DNA of 54,035 nucleotides, counting the filler, from Streblomastix strix (Eukaryota): NCBI GenBank assembly GCA_008636045.1. It is 3 parts of 3 records of this genome, joined end to end, with 100 filler letters (N's around TTAATTAATTAA, not from the genome) between each part and the next. Parts side by side here need not be neighbours in the genome. Positions count along the whole stretch, not along the records: positions 1 to 17,952 come from SNRW01000655.1; positions 18,053 to 35,996 come from SNRW01000656.1; 1 more part is not named here. The stretch is one strand, 5' to 3'. Within the stretch, counting starts at the first letter, position 1. Every line of letters starts with the position of its first letter. A program made the position numbers and the translations under genes. Below are positions 17,101 to 31,170 of this stretch, in pieces. Under the pieces are notes generated by a model, which did not search any database, was not told where the DNA came from, and worked only from the letters and a program-made list of their open reading frames with translations.

Positions 17101-17952
17101 TAGTTCTAATCCTCGTTCAACTTCACGAACTCGAACAAGAGCATCTCCCAATTAAACAAGACCTGCAATTTGTGCTGATGCAGAAGATTAAATAGGTACT
17201 TGAGATTATTATAAATCACCCCCTGATAGTTTAGATGATGCAAGTACTTATTATTATTACTATTATTTCAATTCTGTTTCCATAAGCTGCCTTTATACAC
17301 GCATAAATCCTTCCTTATCTCCTTTATGACTAAGAAGAGCATCTGCCAATTTCAACTATGCTTATCTATATTGCTAATCATCTTAGCTTACTTACTCTAA
17401 TTATTTAATAGCATTAGTTAAATCGCCTTATTATAGAAATGCATCAGCTTCAACTAGTACAATGCTTGTTTCTTCTGGAAGACCTGATAATTCTGTTCGT
17501 CCTTATTCTAAGTATCGAAATGCTTACTCCTATAAATGTGTGAAAAAAATTGAAATTATGAAATGAAAAATAACAATTATGTTAATAATAACATATATAA
17601 TTATTATTTATAAATACCCATTCTTTTTTCTTCATATGGAGCTATGCAAGTTCAATGAAAAGAAGAGTTTTGTCACGAGGTGATATAATCAAATTTTCTG
17701 TGTCTAAATCTTTATCTTTCTAAGTTTATTGTTATTAAATCTATTTCTGTCGTCCTTTCTTTTCTGATGCAGTAACAGAATCAGGATTGGAAGATTCAAT
17801 TGGATTAGTGCGTAAACAAACACCTGGCATACTTAGAGTATTTAACAGCATTTTCTTTCCTTCTTCGATATCTTAAGGAATTCTGCTTCTTACAAGTGCT
17901 TATCCCATAATTATACAATAAGATGTATTTTTACGAATATTGAATTCTCTTG
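14185..17952 (-). CDS. TTC21B: Intraflagellar transport protein IFT139/TTC21B (TPR protein), 3' part; 5' end cut by contig boundary
   Basis: C-terminal EEFERAYLMLAQIYIK...NKSSATAHELLGYVFEQEKSFVNAAENYEQCWKL...DPVIGYMLAFNYMKGNRFLDAITIS...YTRIKSEILERSRSLLR closely resembles the TTC21B C-terminus; TPR helices upstream; several GT-AG introns; TGA at 14185-14187. Confidence 0.9.
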
Positions 17953-18052
17953 NNNNNNNNNNNNNNNNNNNNNNNNNNNNNNNNNNNNNNNNNNNNTTAA
18001 TTAATTAANNNNNNNNNNNNNNNNNNNNNNNNNNNNNNNNNNNNNNNNNNNN
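17953..18052. other. Artificial contig-joining spacer (N44-TTAATTAATTAA-N44)
   Basis: Exactly 100 nt, symmetrical Ns around a six-frame-stop linker; unrelated genes on either side. Confidence 0.97.
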
Positions 18053-19324
18053 ATGCATTAGACCTCTATTATAATGCTATAAGATAGATGCAAGGTAAGC
18101 TAAATAATATAATTCATTATAAATTACAATGATATTTTTATTGAATGTATAATATTGTTTTATTTAGAAGTTAGGAATTGACAATACAAGTTTGGTGTAA
18201 GCTCTGAATATGCTTTTAACAGAAGGCCGAATTGTTAGCAGGATGAATGGAACCAGCGCTCTACTTTCTGTTAGTGATACAGCCTAAGATATTAAAGTGG
18301 AGAATGCTATCTGCGATTTCCTTAGAGAGTAAGGCTCAAAAGGTTTGTCTTGACAAGTTTTTACAATAAATAATCCAATATTTTACTTCTTCATATCTAT
18401 TAACATTTTATAAGGTTCTTAGATTAAAGAACTGAGGAGAATATTTATTAAATACACACAAGATGTTGCTAAAATGATGGATAAGATGGTTAAAGATTAA
18501 AAAGTCATTAAAGTTAGTAGAAATCGAGTATGTTATAGTAGTACATATTTGTTACATTATTTTTCGTCTATTTGAAGGTCGGATATTTTATACTTCCAGA
18601 GTGTTTTGAAGATGAAGATGTTTATTATAAAGAAGGAAAGATTAATTCTGAGCTTATTTCATAAGTTATGATGAGTATACTTTACAGTTTAAAAAAAATT
18701 GTGTGTCTTTAGAAAACGTCTATTTGTATTTGTTTTATTGGATAATTCTTCATTTTTCAGTAACGGATGACAACTCTGCAAATTAAAGATGAAATTTCTA
18801 AACCTGGTGACATAACTGTTCGATTAGATGAGAAGCACGTTTAAATGAGCATAAAGTTTGTTTAAATAAAAGGAATGAAAATAAATGAAGAGAGAATTAA
18901 TAATATTTATAATAAAAATGTTTATTTATTTATTTATTTATTTATTTTTATTAAAATATTTTTTTATCAGTGCTCTAATTTATTCCAGATAAATTGCATA
19001 TTTTGATGAAGAAACACCTGATAAAAAGGTATGAAATATACAATTTGCATTTATTATAGCTGTTATATTTAATACATTTTAAGATTGTAAGATATTACCA
19101 CCTCTCTTTTGATCATATGCATCCCTCTCCTTACTCATCAACACCTTGTGCCAATTGCCCTGTTTGATTTTTCTTCTTTTATATTGTGTAGATTAAATTG
19201 ATTCCATCCAATATATATATTCTTTATTCAGATTGCAAGCGAATGCTGCATAGAAGAATGTGCTGATGTTTGTCCCTAAAAATGCTCTTTTTTAACTTTA
19301 TGGACTAGTAACACACAAATCTGA
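18053..19324 (+). CDS. POLR3F: RNA polymerase III subunit RPC6/RPC34 (C39), multi-exon, possibly 5'-partial
   Basis: Spliced translation includes ALNMLLTEGRI, EDVYYKEGKINSELI, VRLDEKHVQMSINALIYSRQI and C-terminal STPCANCPIASECC...VCPQKCSFLTLW, matching the RPC34 PCxxCP...C...SPxxCxYxxxW motif; TGA at 19322-19324. Confidence 0.8.
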
Positions 19325-19569
19325 TAATAAACAAAAAATAATAAGAATAAATAATATTAATAAATATTTTATAAGATAATTTTCATTACTGTTCGTATTA
19401 ACGGTGAAATTTGAGCTAAAATATTTTTTTTATTCATCCATTCGTCCTTCTTTTCTCATTTAAATTTTATACTTTATTTTGTTGTACTCAATCTTGTTGT
19501 TCAAATATTCCTTAACACGACTCTTAATTCATTTTGTAATTGAAATTAACCAGACATTTTTATTTTTAG

Positions 19570-22500
19570 ATGGCAGGAAATAATTCTTCACCATGGTCAG
19601 GTCAAATTCTGTGGTAGCACCCGTATTACTCTCTATTTTAGAATATCAAAAATTCAAAAGCGCATAGTCGTATAGGATCTGTAAGCGAATATATGGTATT
19701 AATAATTTTGTTCTCTTTGAAAAATTAAAAATTTAATTTTTTTTAGGATAGAGAAATTTAGAAAATTTGCTATGGAATATCAGGCTCTATATCTTCAAAC
19801 AATTATATTAGGTTCCCAAAAAAGGGTTCAAAAGAAAGCATTGGTTTAACAGGGAAACTACTTTATATTCAAGTATATATTTCATACAACTTTCTATTTA
19901 TTTATTACTTTAATTTATTTTTAGTGTAAAATTCCTTCGCTTATTCCACAATCGTATGTCATTCACTTAGAAACAATTCATGGGTAAGGATTATCATACA
20001 GAATCTCTTTTGGTAATGTTTATTAATAAGTGAAAAACACTGGAAATTCTATTTAGCTCCCTTTATAATTATGAGGAAATACTTGGAGTATTATTTGCGC
20101 AAATTTATAGGTATGAATTTATATATTTATTAATACATCTATTTAAAATATTTTTTATTTAATTATTCTCTCTTATTAAGGAACTTTCACTTCACTTCAT
20201 GAATTTGAATTATATGGAGTTAAAATCTATTCAAATTTGTTCAACTCTTATAATTAGAGCTGTTTGGACATCGGACAATCAATATACAACAAAGGTAAAT
20301 AGATTTAATTATTTATTTATTATTATTATTATATTGTTTTATAATATAGACACTTCCTTCTGAATTTAAACTATTCTAAAGGATGGGACAATAATATGAT
20401 GATTGTTGTGATTGGATTCAATATCCAGATTATATTTTATATAATTAAATTAATATAACAAATAGTGAGCAAAAAAGAGGCCTTAATCAACTTTAAGTAA
20501 ACTAATCACCAGCAAGTTAAAGAATTCGGAGAAATATGTAACTAGGGAAAATTAATTAAATTGAAGGACGAGCATTCAATTAGTAATTTAATTCTCAAAT
20601 TTACTAGCATTAGTAGAATTTTACAGGATAATAGCAAGAATATCAGTAAAATCAATAAATAACATAATAGAGTAATAATAATTTACCTTTGAATATTTAT
20701 CCTCCTTCATAACAATATAATACTTCATTTGATGATTAGATATTGACTCAATCTCAAAACTCTTCACAATTAATGATTTCTTCATCCCAATCTACTCAGG
20801 ATATGATAAATGAATTTCAAAATAAGATATTGGACAGATTGGCGCTCTTAGAAGCAGAAAAGCTTATTGAAAAATAATAATAGACTTATAAGTAATAATA
20901 AGAGTTATTTTCCTAAGGGTTATAACAATAAGATAATAAATAGTTTTTTGATTAGGAAATAAATAAAATTAAACTTCCTTTTGAAAATTAAATTAATATT
21001 GAAGATGAAATGAATTAAAAAGTAAAAATAGAAGAATAATTTTAAATGGACAAAAATAAATAATAAATTATTGATGATGCAATAATTCAAAATTAATCAA
21101 AAGATTCTATGATATCATAGGAATATTAATAAGAATATTCATAGATTCAAAAATAATTTTATTAACAATAATAAAATTCCTAAAATGATGAATTTTAATC
21201 TGAAATTGAATAAATAATGCAATTTCAGGATGATTTACTATCAAAATAATAATTATAATAACATAAAAATAAACTAATTAGAACTTCAAACAATAATTAA
21301 GGATAGAAAATCAATAATGCTATCGTATAACGTCCTTCTAGTGCTCTTATAAATGTAAGAAACTAACAAAATTCTGCGAATTAACATCAAATACGTCCTT
21401 AAACATCTCGAGCTGTTTCTAATATCTAATAGAATCGTTTATTGTCTTAATCTTAATAAAACCAACATTAATAATAAAAATAACTGCACTCACCTTCTCC
21501 TTCTATATTACCTGCTCTTAATAAAATAAGAGACAAAATGAAGGATGCTTAAAATAAGAAGAAGAAGAAGAAGCGAAAAAAGAAGATAATAATCGAAGAA
21601 TAAAAAATGATTAGAAATGAAAATGATAAATAAGCAGAAAATATTGACAATAATAATTAACTTTCCAATAATTTGTAATTTGATGAATTTTAAAATGATG
21701 TTTTAATAGACAGCTAATTGATTGCCAAAAGAAATGAATATAAAAGTGAATAGAAAATAAAAGAATAGTCTTTGAAAGGACCAATAATATATCCTCTGAA
21801 TGAACAATACAATAACAATAAATCATAAAAATATCATCAAGCATTTCTTAAGTTGGAAACACTTATTGGATACACACCACTTCCTTATTCTATTAAATAT
21901 GGATATTAACATTCTTAATAATCATTATCTTCCTTATCATCTTCAAATATCTCCCAATTAGCACATTCATAATCACTGATTTGGATGTATAATAATTCAA
22001 TTGTATATCCTTCATCTAATTTCATAATTATTCTTTCTCCATAGACTGGTGCATAATTTATTTTATTTGGCCATTAAAATCCAATAATTTCTTTAAGTTT
22101 TGCATCTGGAGCTGCACTTCTTGTATCTGCACAATCAACTGCAAAAGTACCAGATATTATATTCAGAAAGTAAATGACTGATGAAAATGATTAATTTAAC
22201 ATTTCTGATAAAGATAATTAAGAAACGATCGAAGACATATCCTGTATTTCATCTTAATCAGCATCTGTATTTGCAACTGATTCATCTTAATCATCAAATA
22301 ATTGTTAACTTCCATAGATAAAGGATACAATTATTGGATCTGCAACTCAATAACCTTCTGCTTTTATCCCATTTCCATATCCATAACTCATTTCATAACA
22401 ATAAAAAAAATAATTAATTAATAAGAAAATATTGAATAATGAATTATTGAATGAAAATGAATATCCTTTCACATAAACTCCAAACCAATCAGTTAATTCT

Positions 22501-25500
22501 TCATTTGCATCATCTTCATCTCAGTTTGCATCATAACAACAACTGCGGGAAATTCCTTCTCTTATTTGTTTCTGGGATGTTCCTTCGAGATCCATTCTTG
22601 CTTCAATACAACCTCAAATAACTGTTATCACTCTTCAAGTATCAAATTAAGGTGAAATTGTTGCAGTTGTTGGAAAGGATGAAAATGGTAAAAGTGTACT
22701 TGCTGTGTATGACTGTAGTAAAGTGAGAGAAATGAACAATAAGAAAAAAGATAAAATATAATCAAATATTGAGGAAGAAATTGATTCTAGGAAATAAGAA
22801 TAAGATAATAATAAGAATTTGAATGAATAAGAAATAAATCTTATTTCAAAGATGTATATTTAATTCAATTCCATTTCACGTATAGAATTCTTCCCATTTG
22901 ATACTCGTTTTATTACTTGTGGAAGAGAGAGTATCAGAATTTGGAGATTGAAAGATGGAAAGGAATTAAAAAGTATTGGAATTAATTTAAAAGATAATTC
23001 ACATTAAATTTTCACTGATATTGCATTTATTCCAAGAAACATTAATGTAGCAAACAATGTTAATAAATCAAAGAATAATTTATAATCTTCATCTTAATCT
23101 CAACGATTTTTAGTCTCAACTTAATCCGGTTATATTTTCATTTGTGATGTAGATTCACAATAGATTCTTGAAACTCATAAAATTTTAAATCATTCAATCA
23201 TTTCTGTTTCAATTCTTTCAGACAATGTTTTTATTGGATCTTCTCAGGGATTGTTAAGTATTTGGCCACTAAAATTTGATGAATGTATAAATTAATAAAT
23301 TTTAAATGGAGGAATAGTTTCACTTACCCAATCGCCTAGTGGATAATAAATATTATTGGGATCTTCTGATGGATCAATATCAACATATGATATTTAACAA
23401 AAAAGGATAAAATAAATAGTACGATCACATTAGGGTGCTATTGTTTCATGCTCAGTGAATTATTCTGGATTGGATTTTGCAACTGCTTCTGTAGATGGCA
23501 CAGTGCGTATCTGGAACATAGGATTAATATCAAGTGGGATTTTATAAGAATGGAAAGAAAATGGAATTAAGAATGATGGGAAGATGAGAGCTCTTGCATT
23601 TGGTATTTGTCCTTAAGTTGCTGAATTATCTTCACCTGACGATCTTCCATTAGCCGTTGCATTCTGTCCAAATATTAATAATGATTAATTTTCTATCAAT
23701 CAAAATAGTTAGTAATAAATATCAGCATCATCTTAATACATTTCACATTCTCACCTCCTTGCAATAGGATATAGATCAGGATTGATATAGATATTTGACA
23801 CCGGTTCATAATAATCAATCTCTAGATTTAAAACTGGAAAATCTGCTATTACAAATATTTTATTTGATAAAAGCGGTAAGTTTATGATAGTTTCTTAAAA
23901 TGATGGTACATTGATAGTATTTGAATAATAATCATCTATTAATAATTTGGATAATAATATTAATAATCAAAGTTAATAAAGGTAATCTCAATCTATTTCA
24001 TCTCTGTATTCTCATAAAATTCGCTAAATTGATGGCGCTTGTTCCAATATACGAAGTCATTTTTCAATTTCAAGTAATAATGCATATTTTGCAAGTACTG
24101 CATATGATACATCGATTTACATAATATCACTTTAGTCTCTCCAACATATTCATACAATAAAATTGTAAGATGAAAGAAATGAGACTAATAGAAATTTAAT
24201 AGGGAAATAAAATGAGAATAATGATAAGAAAGTACAATAATTTAATATTTAAAAATTATTTAGAATATAAAACGAATTTATTTAATGTCATACTTTTAAT
24301 AACTCAAATTTTGATCCTGTTTTATTTATTGGTACAAATAATCGTATTCTCTTTTACAATATTAATGAATAATTTCTTGGTATAATAGAAAGTGCAAATA
24401 ATTTACATTCAATATCTGCAATCAGTGTGAAAAGTGGAATTAGACAAAAAAATATGATTATTTACGGGAGTGTTGATAATGTTAGAATATCATTAAGTTA
24501 ACAATAAGAGAAATAAATTGAGAAAAATGGTGAAATTGTTCCAGAAACTCATATTATAGTTACACCTTTCAATTCATCTTCTCAAAATTAAAATATTCAA
24601 AGTCAATTTTAGTCATAAGTATTCGCCTCACATTATGGATCAATTACATAATTATGTTTAACTTCAGATTAAAGAAGATTAATATCAATTGGAAATGATG
24701 GGTGTATATGTGTTTGGATATTAAATGATTAAGATGAAGAGAATAATGTTGAAGAAACTACTTTGAAAGAAAATGAAAATCAATTAATTGTTACGAATTA
24801 AGAAGATAAAAATATAAGAAATTAAGGGAAAGAAATTCAAAATATAGAAATTAATGAATAAGCAAATAATAATTCAGAAAAAGATGATATTGATGATAAA
24901 TCTTTGGGTTAATTAATAAATTTAAATTCTATTCCATCATTAATAACTTCATAAATCCAAATTAAAGATAAAATATAAGATGATGAACAGAAATAATAAA
25001 TGAAAATGAAAAATAATAAAAAAGAATAATTGAATAAACTAATATAAAATAAATATTATATAAAAGAATTTGATTATAAAGAACATTTAAATGAAAGTGA
25101 TACAGATGATACAGAAGAATATAATAGTGAAAAAGATGTGGCTAATAATAATATAATAATTAGAAATAATAAAGAAGAAAGCAACGATGGAGATGAAATT
25201 AGTAGTTAATTGGTATAAGATTTAATTAAATAGTAAGAAACAGAAGAAGAAGAAGAAGAAAATAATGGAAAAGGGGTTAAAATATTTATCATTAAAAATG
25301 GGAAAGTGAAAAAAATAAAAAAATAGAAAGAAATGTAACAAGAATAACAAAAAGAAACTTAATAAGAATAATAAAAAGAAATTAGAAGTCCAATAATAAA
25401 GAAACGAAAAATAAATTCAAAAAGTCCATCTAAGAAAAAAAGAAGCAAAACAAATACATAAAACAAGAAAGATATAAATTAAAGCGAAATATATAATAAT

Positions 25501-28500
25501 GAAGACTCAGAAGAAGAATACGAAAAAGGAAGAAATAAGAAAAGAGATGAATTGGATTTCATGCATAATAATATTCATCTCATTTAATCAGCATTTCCAT
25601 ATTCATCATATTCAGCTTCTTATTCTTATCATTCTTCGCATATTTCTCCTTAATAATTGCCTTAGTAATATCTATTCACTCTTCCAGATAAGAAAATGTA
25701 TGAAAGAAGATAATAAGAAAAATAAATTGAGAAAAATGGTGAAATTGTTGAATAAAATACAAATTTAAATAAACTTCCTCTTTGTCATAACTAATCATTT
25801 TCATAATAAAAATATCAATCATACAATCAGATACAATCGCATCTTAGCAATCTTCCTTCAATACCAATCTTTTTACCACCTTCTCCTTCTTAATCTGGTT
25901 TGTCTCTTTCATTTATTCTTTCTCACAATATTAATAAAATGAGGGGAAAAAGAGGATAAGGAAAGTTAGGACCAATTTGGATGTAGAATTCAAATTAATT
26001 AAATGAAGATAGATAATAATAATAAAATTGTTTGTTTGCTGGAGGTGGATGTGGAAATATTCCTGTTATTTACAATGGAGAAAATAAGTTGATTTGTTTC
26101 CCAGCATATTCTTTAAAAAGAAAAAGAAATAACGAACAAAATGAAGGACTTTCTTAAAACAAATAAATTTATAATGAATTTATTTTTCAATCTTCCGAAT
26201 TCGATATCATTCATACACCTCTTGAAATGTCTCCATAGCTTTTTAATCCCAATTAAATATCTTGTTTTACTATTTACCCCGATCCAAAGTATATTAATGT
26301 AAATAGTAGAAAATAGTAAGAAAATAATGAGAATCAGAATAACAAAAACAAATTGATTAGAAAAGAAGATAATAACAGTCAATAATCCACTCTGTTTTCT
26401 AATGAAGTAAACTTCCTTCCAAATGGATATTCATTGATATTAGCAGGAAGAAGTGAAACTGTTAAATAGAGGAATAATAGTATAAATAAGAATAATACTC
26501 AAGATGATGATAATAGTTTTTCTTCTCTTTCACTCTGGTTATACATTCATTCAGATTCATTTATTTCATAAACATAATATCCTCTTATATCATTCGCTGG
26601 TTCTGTTGCTGCACATCGTTCAGGAATACAATGTGTAGCATTCTGCCCTTATATTGTTAATTCATTACCAAAAATGAGTGAAAAGATGTAAAGATTATCA
26701 GAGGCATTTATAAAACCATAATATTCAAAAACATCATCTTCCTCACTTATCTATACATTACCACCTTCTTTATTTGTAGTATCAGTAGGAGATGCTGCAG
26801 AAGGAAAGATTGCACTTTGGAGATTGAATATAAATGAGATTGGAATAGATGATGATGAGGAAGAAGATTAAGGAAATGGAAGTGGTTCAATTAGAAATAG
26901 GAAATAGAAAAAGAAAAATGAATGTTTATAACTGTTATAAGTCTAAGAATGTACAAGGATCACTCATTCAATTTAATTTATTCCAATTTAACATTTTTCT
27001 TCTTCAATTTCCAATTCTCAATAAGCACTTGATATAATATCTTCTTTTGTAACATCTGGTTAAGGTGGAATTGATTTCTGGTAAATAGAAAGAAAATTTA
27101 ATTCAGAATTAGCATGGTAAATACTTACTAATATTTCACCTTTGTAATTAGCTATAGTTGGAAGATTGAGAGATGCTTATGTTGAGTAAGAAGCTTAGAA
27201 AAATAAAATAGAAAAAGAAATTGAAAATAATATTTAAAACAATGGAGATGATTAAAACAAATAAAATCTTCCTAATAATTTCATTTCACTTTCACATCTA
27301 ACTGAATCAGAGGTAATTAATGAACTTTATGGGCTTATTGATTAGTAAACAATTATAAGAATAATTGATTAATGTACATCTTATAGTTTAAAAGTGTAAT
27401 CAGGATTGTGCTTATAATAATATATACCAAATTATTTAGAGAAAAATATTGTTTTGAATGATAATCATGTTGGAATGACTATTGGCATATTAAATGATAA
27501 TGATTAATTATCAACTTCAAATACATCATAAAAATCTCCTCTGATTATTTCTTCGACTGATTCTGGTTCGTTAGTTGTTTGGGATTATGAAAGGAGATTG
27601 GCGATGTAAGTTTTAAAAAATGTTGCAATTTCAGAAATTTGCCATATTGAGCTTTTTTATTAAAACGAATAATAAAGAAAATGTGATGATTTAATTGAGA
27701 ATAAATAGAAAGAAATGATATAAAATTAATTATTTTAATTTTAGTCACCATCTTTTACTTCTTCACTAAATCTTCTAATTGCAGAAACAAATGGAATAAT
27801 TACTATTTATAAATAGATTAATAAAAATGCTTAAAATTCTACTGGTTTCCAAAAATCATTAGAAGAAATTGAAATAAATTAGAAATCATAAAAATTATCA
27901 TAGCTTAGTCATTTAATTACTCCATCATCATCTTCATCATTTGATTCATAATACTTAAATAATAACGATGAGAATAAACGAATAATCAAATTCAATTTTG
28001 GCTAATCAAAATCATCGAATATTTAACCCATATTCTTAAAATATGCTTCTTAATAATTTAAGGAATAAATTCTGTCTTGTTGTTATGGAGGAAAGGATAG
28101 TATATTTATAGCTTTGGAAAATGGGAAATTAATTTAAAGTGAAATTGAATAATTTAGAAATAACTAAAATTGCGAATATGAGAAAAATATTTTGAATGAA
28201 TAGAAAGAAAAATCTAATAAAATAAGATAATTATACAGAAACTTTGATATTGATAGAGATTAATAGATAATAACTCATACAGGGTCACTAATAGAAGTTA
28301 ATGAATAAATATTACTTACTGCATCTTCACGATATATAAGAGTTTGGAGACTTTTTGATGATGGATAAAGCAAGAATAATATGAATAATATTGGACATGG
28401 TTATTTTAGTCGATAGTTCGATGCAGATACATTATTATAAGGAATATAAATTAATTCTTCCAATGAAGAATAATAAAAATAGAAAAATGAATTATAATCA

Positions 28501-30906
28501 AAGAATAAAAATTCATCTAAATAATTAAAAAGTAGCACTCCATCATTACAATCTTCACACACTTTGAATGATTAATTAATATAATAAAATGAAAATGAGA
28601 AATAAAAACAAGAAATTGAAGGAAAGAGAATAATTGAGTCAATATTGAAACGAAGGAAATTACTTTTGGGAGAAAAATGTGGATGCCCTGCATTTATATG
28701 TGAGATTGAATGGGAAAATTAAGTTAATATAAATGAAGAACAAAGAAAAGATAATGAATATGATGAATAGAAAGATGCGAATAAAATATAAGAACTTGGA
28801 ATAATTCACGAGATAAGAACTGAAAACAATGATTTAAATAATAATAAAGAAAATTAGCTGAAATTTAATATTTAATCTTCCCCTTCATTCATTACTTCTA
28901 TTTGTCAATAAAATTCAGAATCTCCCATAAATCTTCTTTCTCCAACTTCTCAACAATCTCAATTCTTATCATCGCTGTAACTAATAGTTCCTTTTGGTCC
29001 TTTGGCTGCAGCTGTTTCTGATGAATACTCAAATTAACAGCAAAATTAATAATAACTAAAATCTGATATTTCATTGTTGGATAAATCATCGTCACTTCCT
29101 TCGATTTATTTAATTGGATCTGGTGACAATTATGGAAATGTTTGTTTATTTGACTTATTTACTAAGGTTAAAATTTGGGAAATTTAAGCATTTGAAAATA
29201 AAATAAAAGCTTGTGCTATTAGATTTTGCCATTTAGATTAGGTTTTGTTAATTGGAGGAACTAATGGATTATTTCTTGTATATGATTTGAGAGACGGAGA
29301 AGTTAAAGTGAAAATAAATGAATTATTGAAGAAAAACTAACATGTGGAATAAATCAATTCATTGAACAAATTATATGATAATTAACATCAATAATAATAA
29401 AATCTTCACCACTGGTTGCAAAGTTCAATGAATTCACTAACTCCATCTCAATAAGCATATTAGTCAATATTTAATTATCCATCTTCATTTCTCTCTCCCA
29501 TAAATTAACCTTTAATTATACCCACTCATTCTGGTGCATCAATTAATTCATTCTCTCTTTCACCATTCAGCTCCAAAATTATACTTTGTGTTACCAATAA
29601 TTCATTTTCAATTTGGTTTGTTCATAGACGAAGTTAAATTGGAAACTAATTTGAATAAGAAATTGGATGGTTTAAAACAAATGAAATTAATTTGAAATAA
29701 TAATAATCAAATTCATAATTAGAAAGAGAGTAAGATAACATGGCTAAAATATAATAGGATGCTAATAGATAATAAGAACAAGAAAATTTTAATAATAATT
29801 AAGATATATAAAATTTTGTAAATGAAAGATTAAGAAATGATAATTATTCTGACTTAAAGCTAAAATAATAATTCAAAACATTTGAAAATAATAATAGTGA
29901 TATTTTTTTGACTCTCCTTTCAATTAAATAATTTTCGGAATAAGAATTAATATAATTTGGATTAAATTCAATTTCATAATTATCCAATATTAATATTTCA
30001 TATCTTTCTTCTTAATCGCATTCCTTAGATCCTCTTCAATCAAACTAAATATCGCTTCAAGTTTAATTTCATCCAAAAGATCGAAGTTGTGTCTTTTTTA
30101 TGACAAATAAATAAATTTCCACATTTAATTTCACTTCTCAAACTATTATTTCTTCAATTCCTTATAGTTCTGTTTATCCAACTTGTTTTTCAATATGTCC
30201 TTTATTACCAAAAATTATTTTACTAGGCAATTAATAAGGAAGATTGAAAATTATTGATGCTTAAAATGAAACTTTCTAAGACTTTTTTTGTTATGGAACA
30301 AATATTAATCGTATTCTTTTTTCTAGAAATGGAGAATATGTTATTACTCTTGGAGAATGCCAAAATGAAACAGAAGATGAAAGAGATGGAAATATTTTGA
30401 TCTGGAATATGCCTTTTATAAAATCAAATACTTAAAAACAAAAATAAGATAACAATAATCCGAGAATAATAAAATTTAATTAATAGAAATATTAATAAAT
30501 CTAATAAGAAGCCAGATATGTTGCAATAACTCCTCCATCATCTCCTCCAATATTTTAATCAGATATTTCATCTCTTATTATTAAAAGATAAGGAATAAAA
30601 CCAAAAATTGACTTATAAAATGCTAAATAATTAAAACAATAGAAGAAGATTCAATAAACTCAGAAAAGTAGTGTTGTTTAAAAGAAGAAAATCTTGAAAG
30701 AAACAAATTAATCAAATTTAATTATTGAAAATAAAGCAAAGAAAATACTTTAAAAAGAATCAAGCATCGAAAAAGAAATATAAATTAAAAGGGAAATTAT
30801 TGAAAAGAAAAAAGCAAACATTTAATAATTAACTTAAGAAAATGTAAAAGAAGAAACGAGCGAGTGGGAAGAATGTGAATATGAAGAGGATGATTCAAAT
30901 TAATGA
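19570..30906 (+). CDS. WDR90: WDR90/POC16 centriolar inner-scaffold protein (N-terminal CFAP20/DUF667 domain plus WD40 repeats), about 3700 aa
   Basis: N-terminus WQHPYYSLF...GSISSNNYIRFPKK..ESIGLTGKLLY...YVIHLE..YRISFGN..LKSIQICSTLIIRAVWTSD is the WDR90-type CFAP20 domain. Later LKLETLIGY, TCGRESIRIWRLKDG, VRSHQGAI, ATASVDGTVRIW. Four 5' introns, then one 10,557-nt exon (20350-30906) with no internal TGA. Confidence 0.9.
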
Positions 30907-31170
30907 GTAAAAATTAATTATTTTAATTATTAGAAATACATATATAAATATTTTTCACGTTTTTATTATTAATTATCTTATATTTTTAAATACAACATAA
31001 AATTAAACTTATGATATTTGATTAAATGCAATGATTTATTAATTTATTCTGCTCTAATTTGAGATTGAAAACAATTATATATCATAATCAAATGCATAAA
31101 AAAATATTTACTAATTAATAAAAAAAATTAATAAAAAAATCATCCATTATTTTATTAATTAATCAATGAA

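Noticed and set aside
17997..18008. TTAATTAATTAA palindrome as a biological element or transposon target site
   Set aside because: It is centred in N runs and repeated identically at 36041-36052; it is a synthetic linker.
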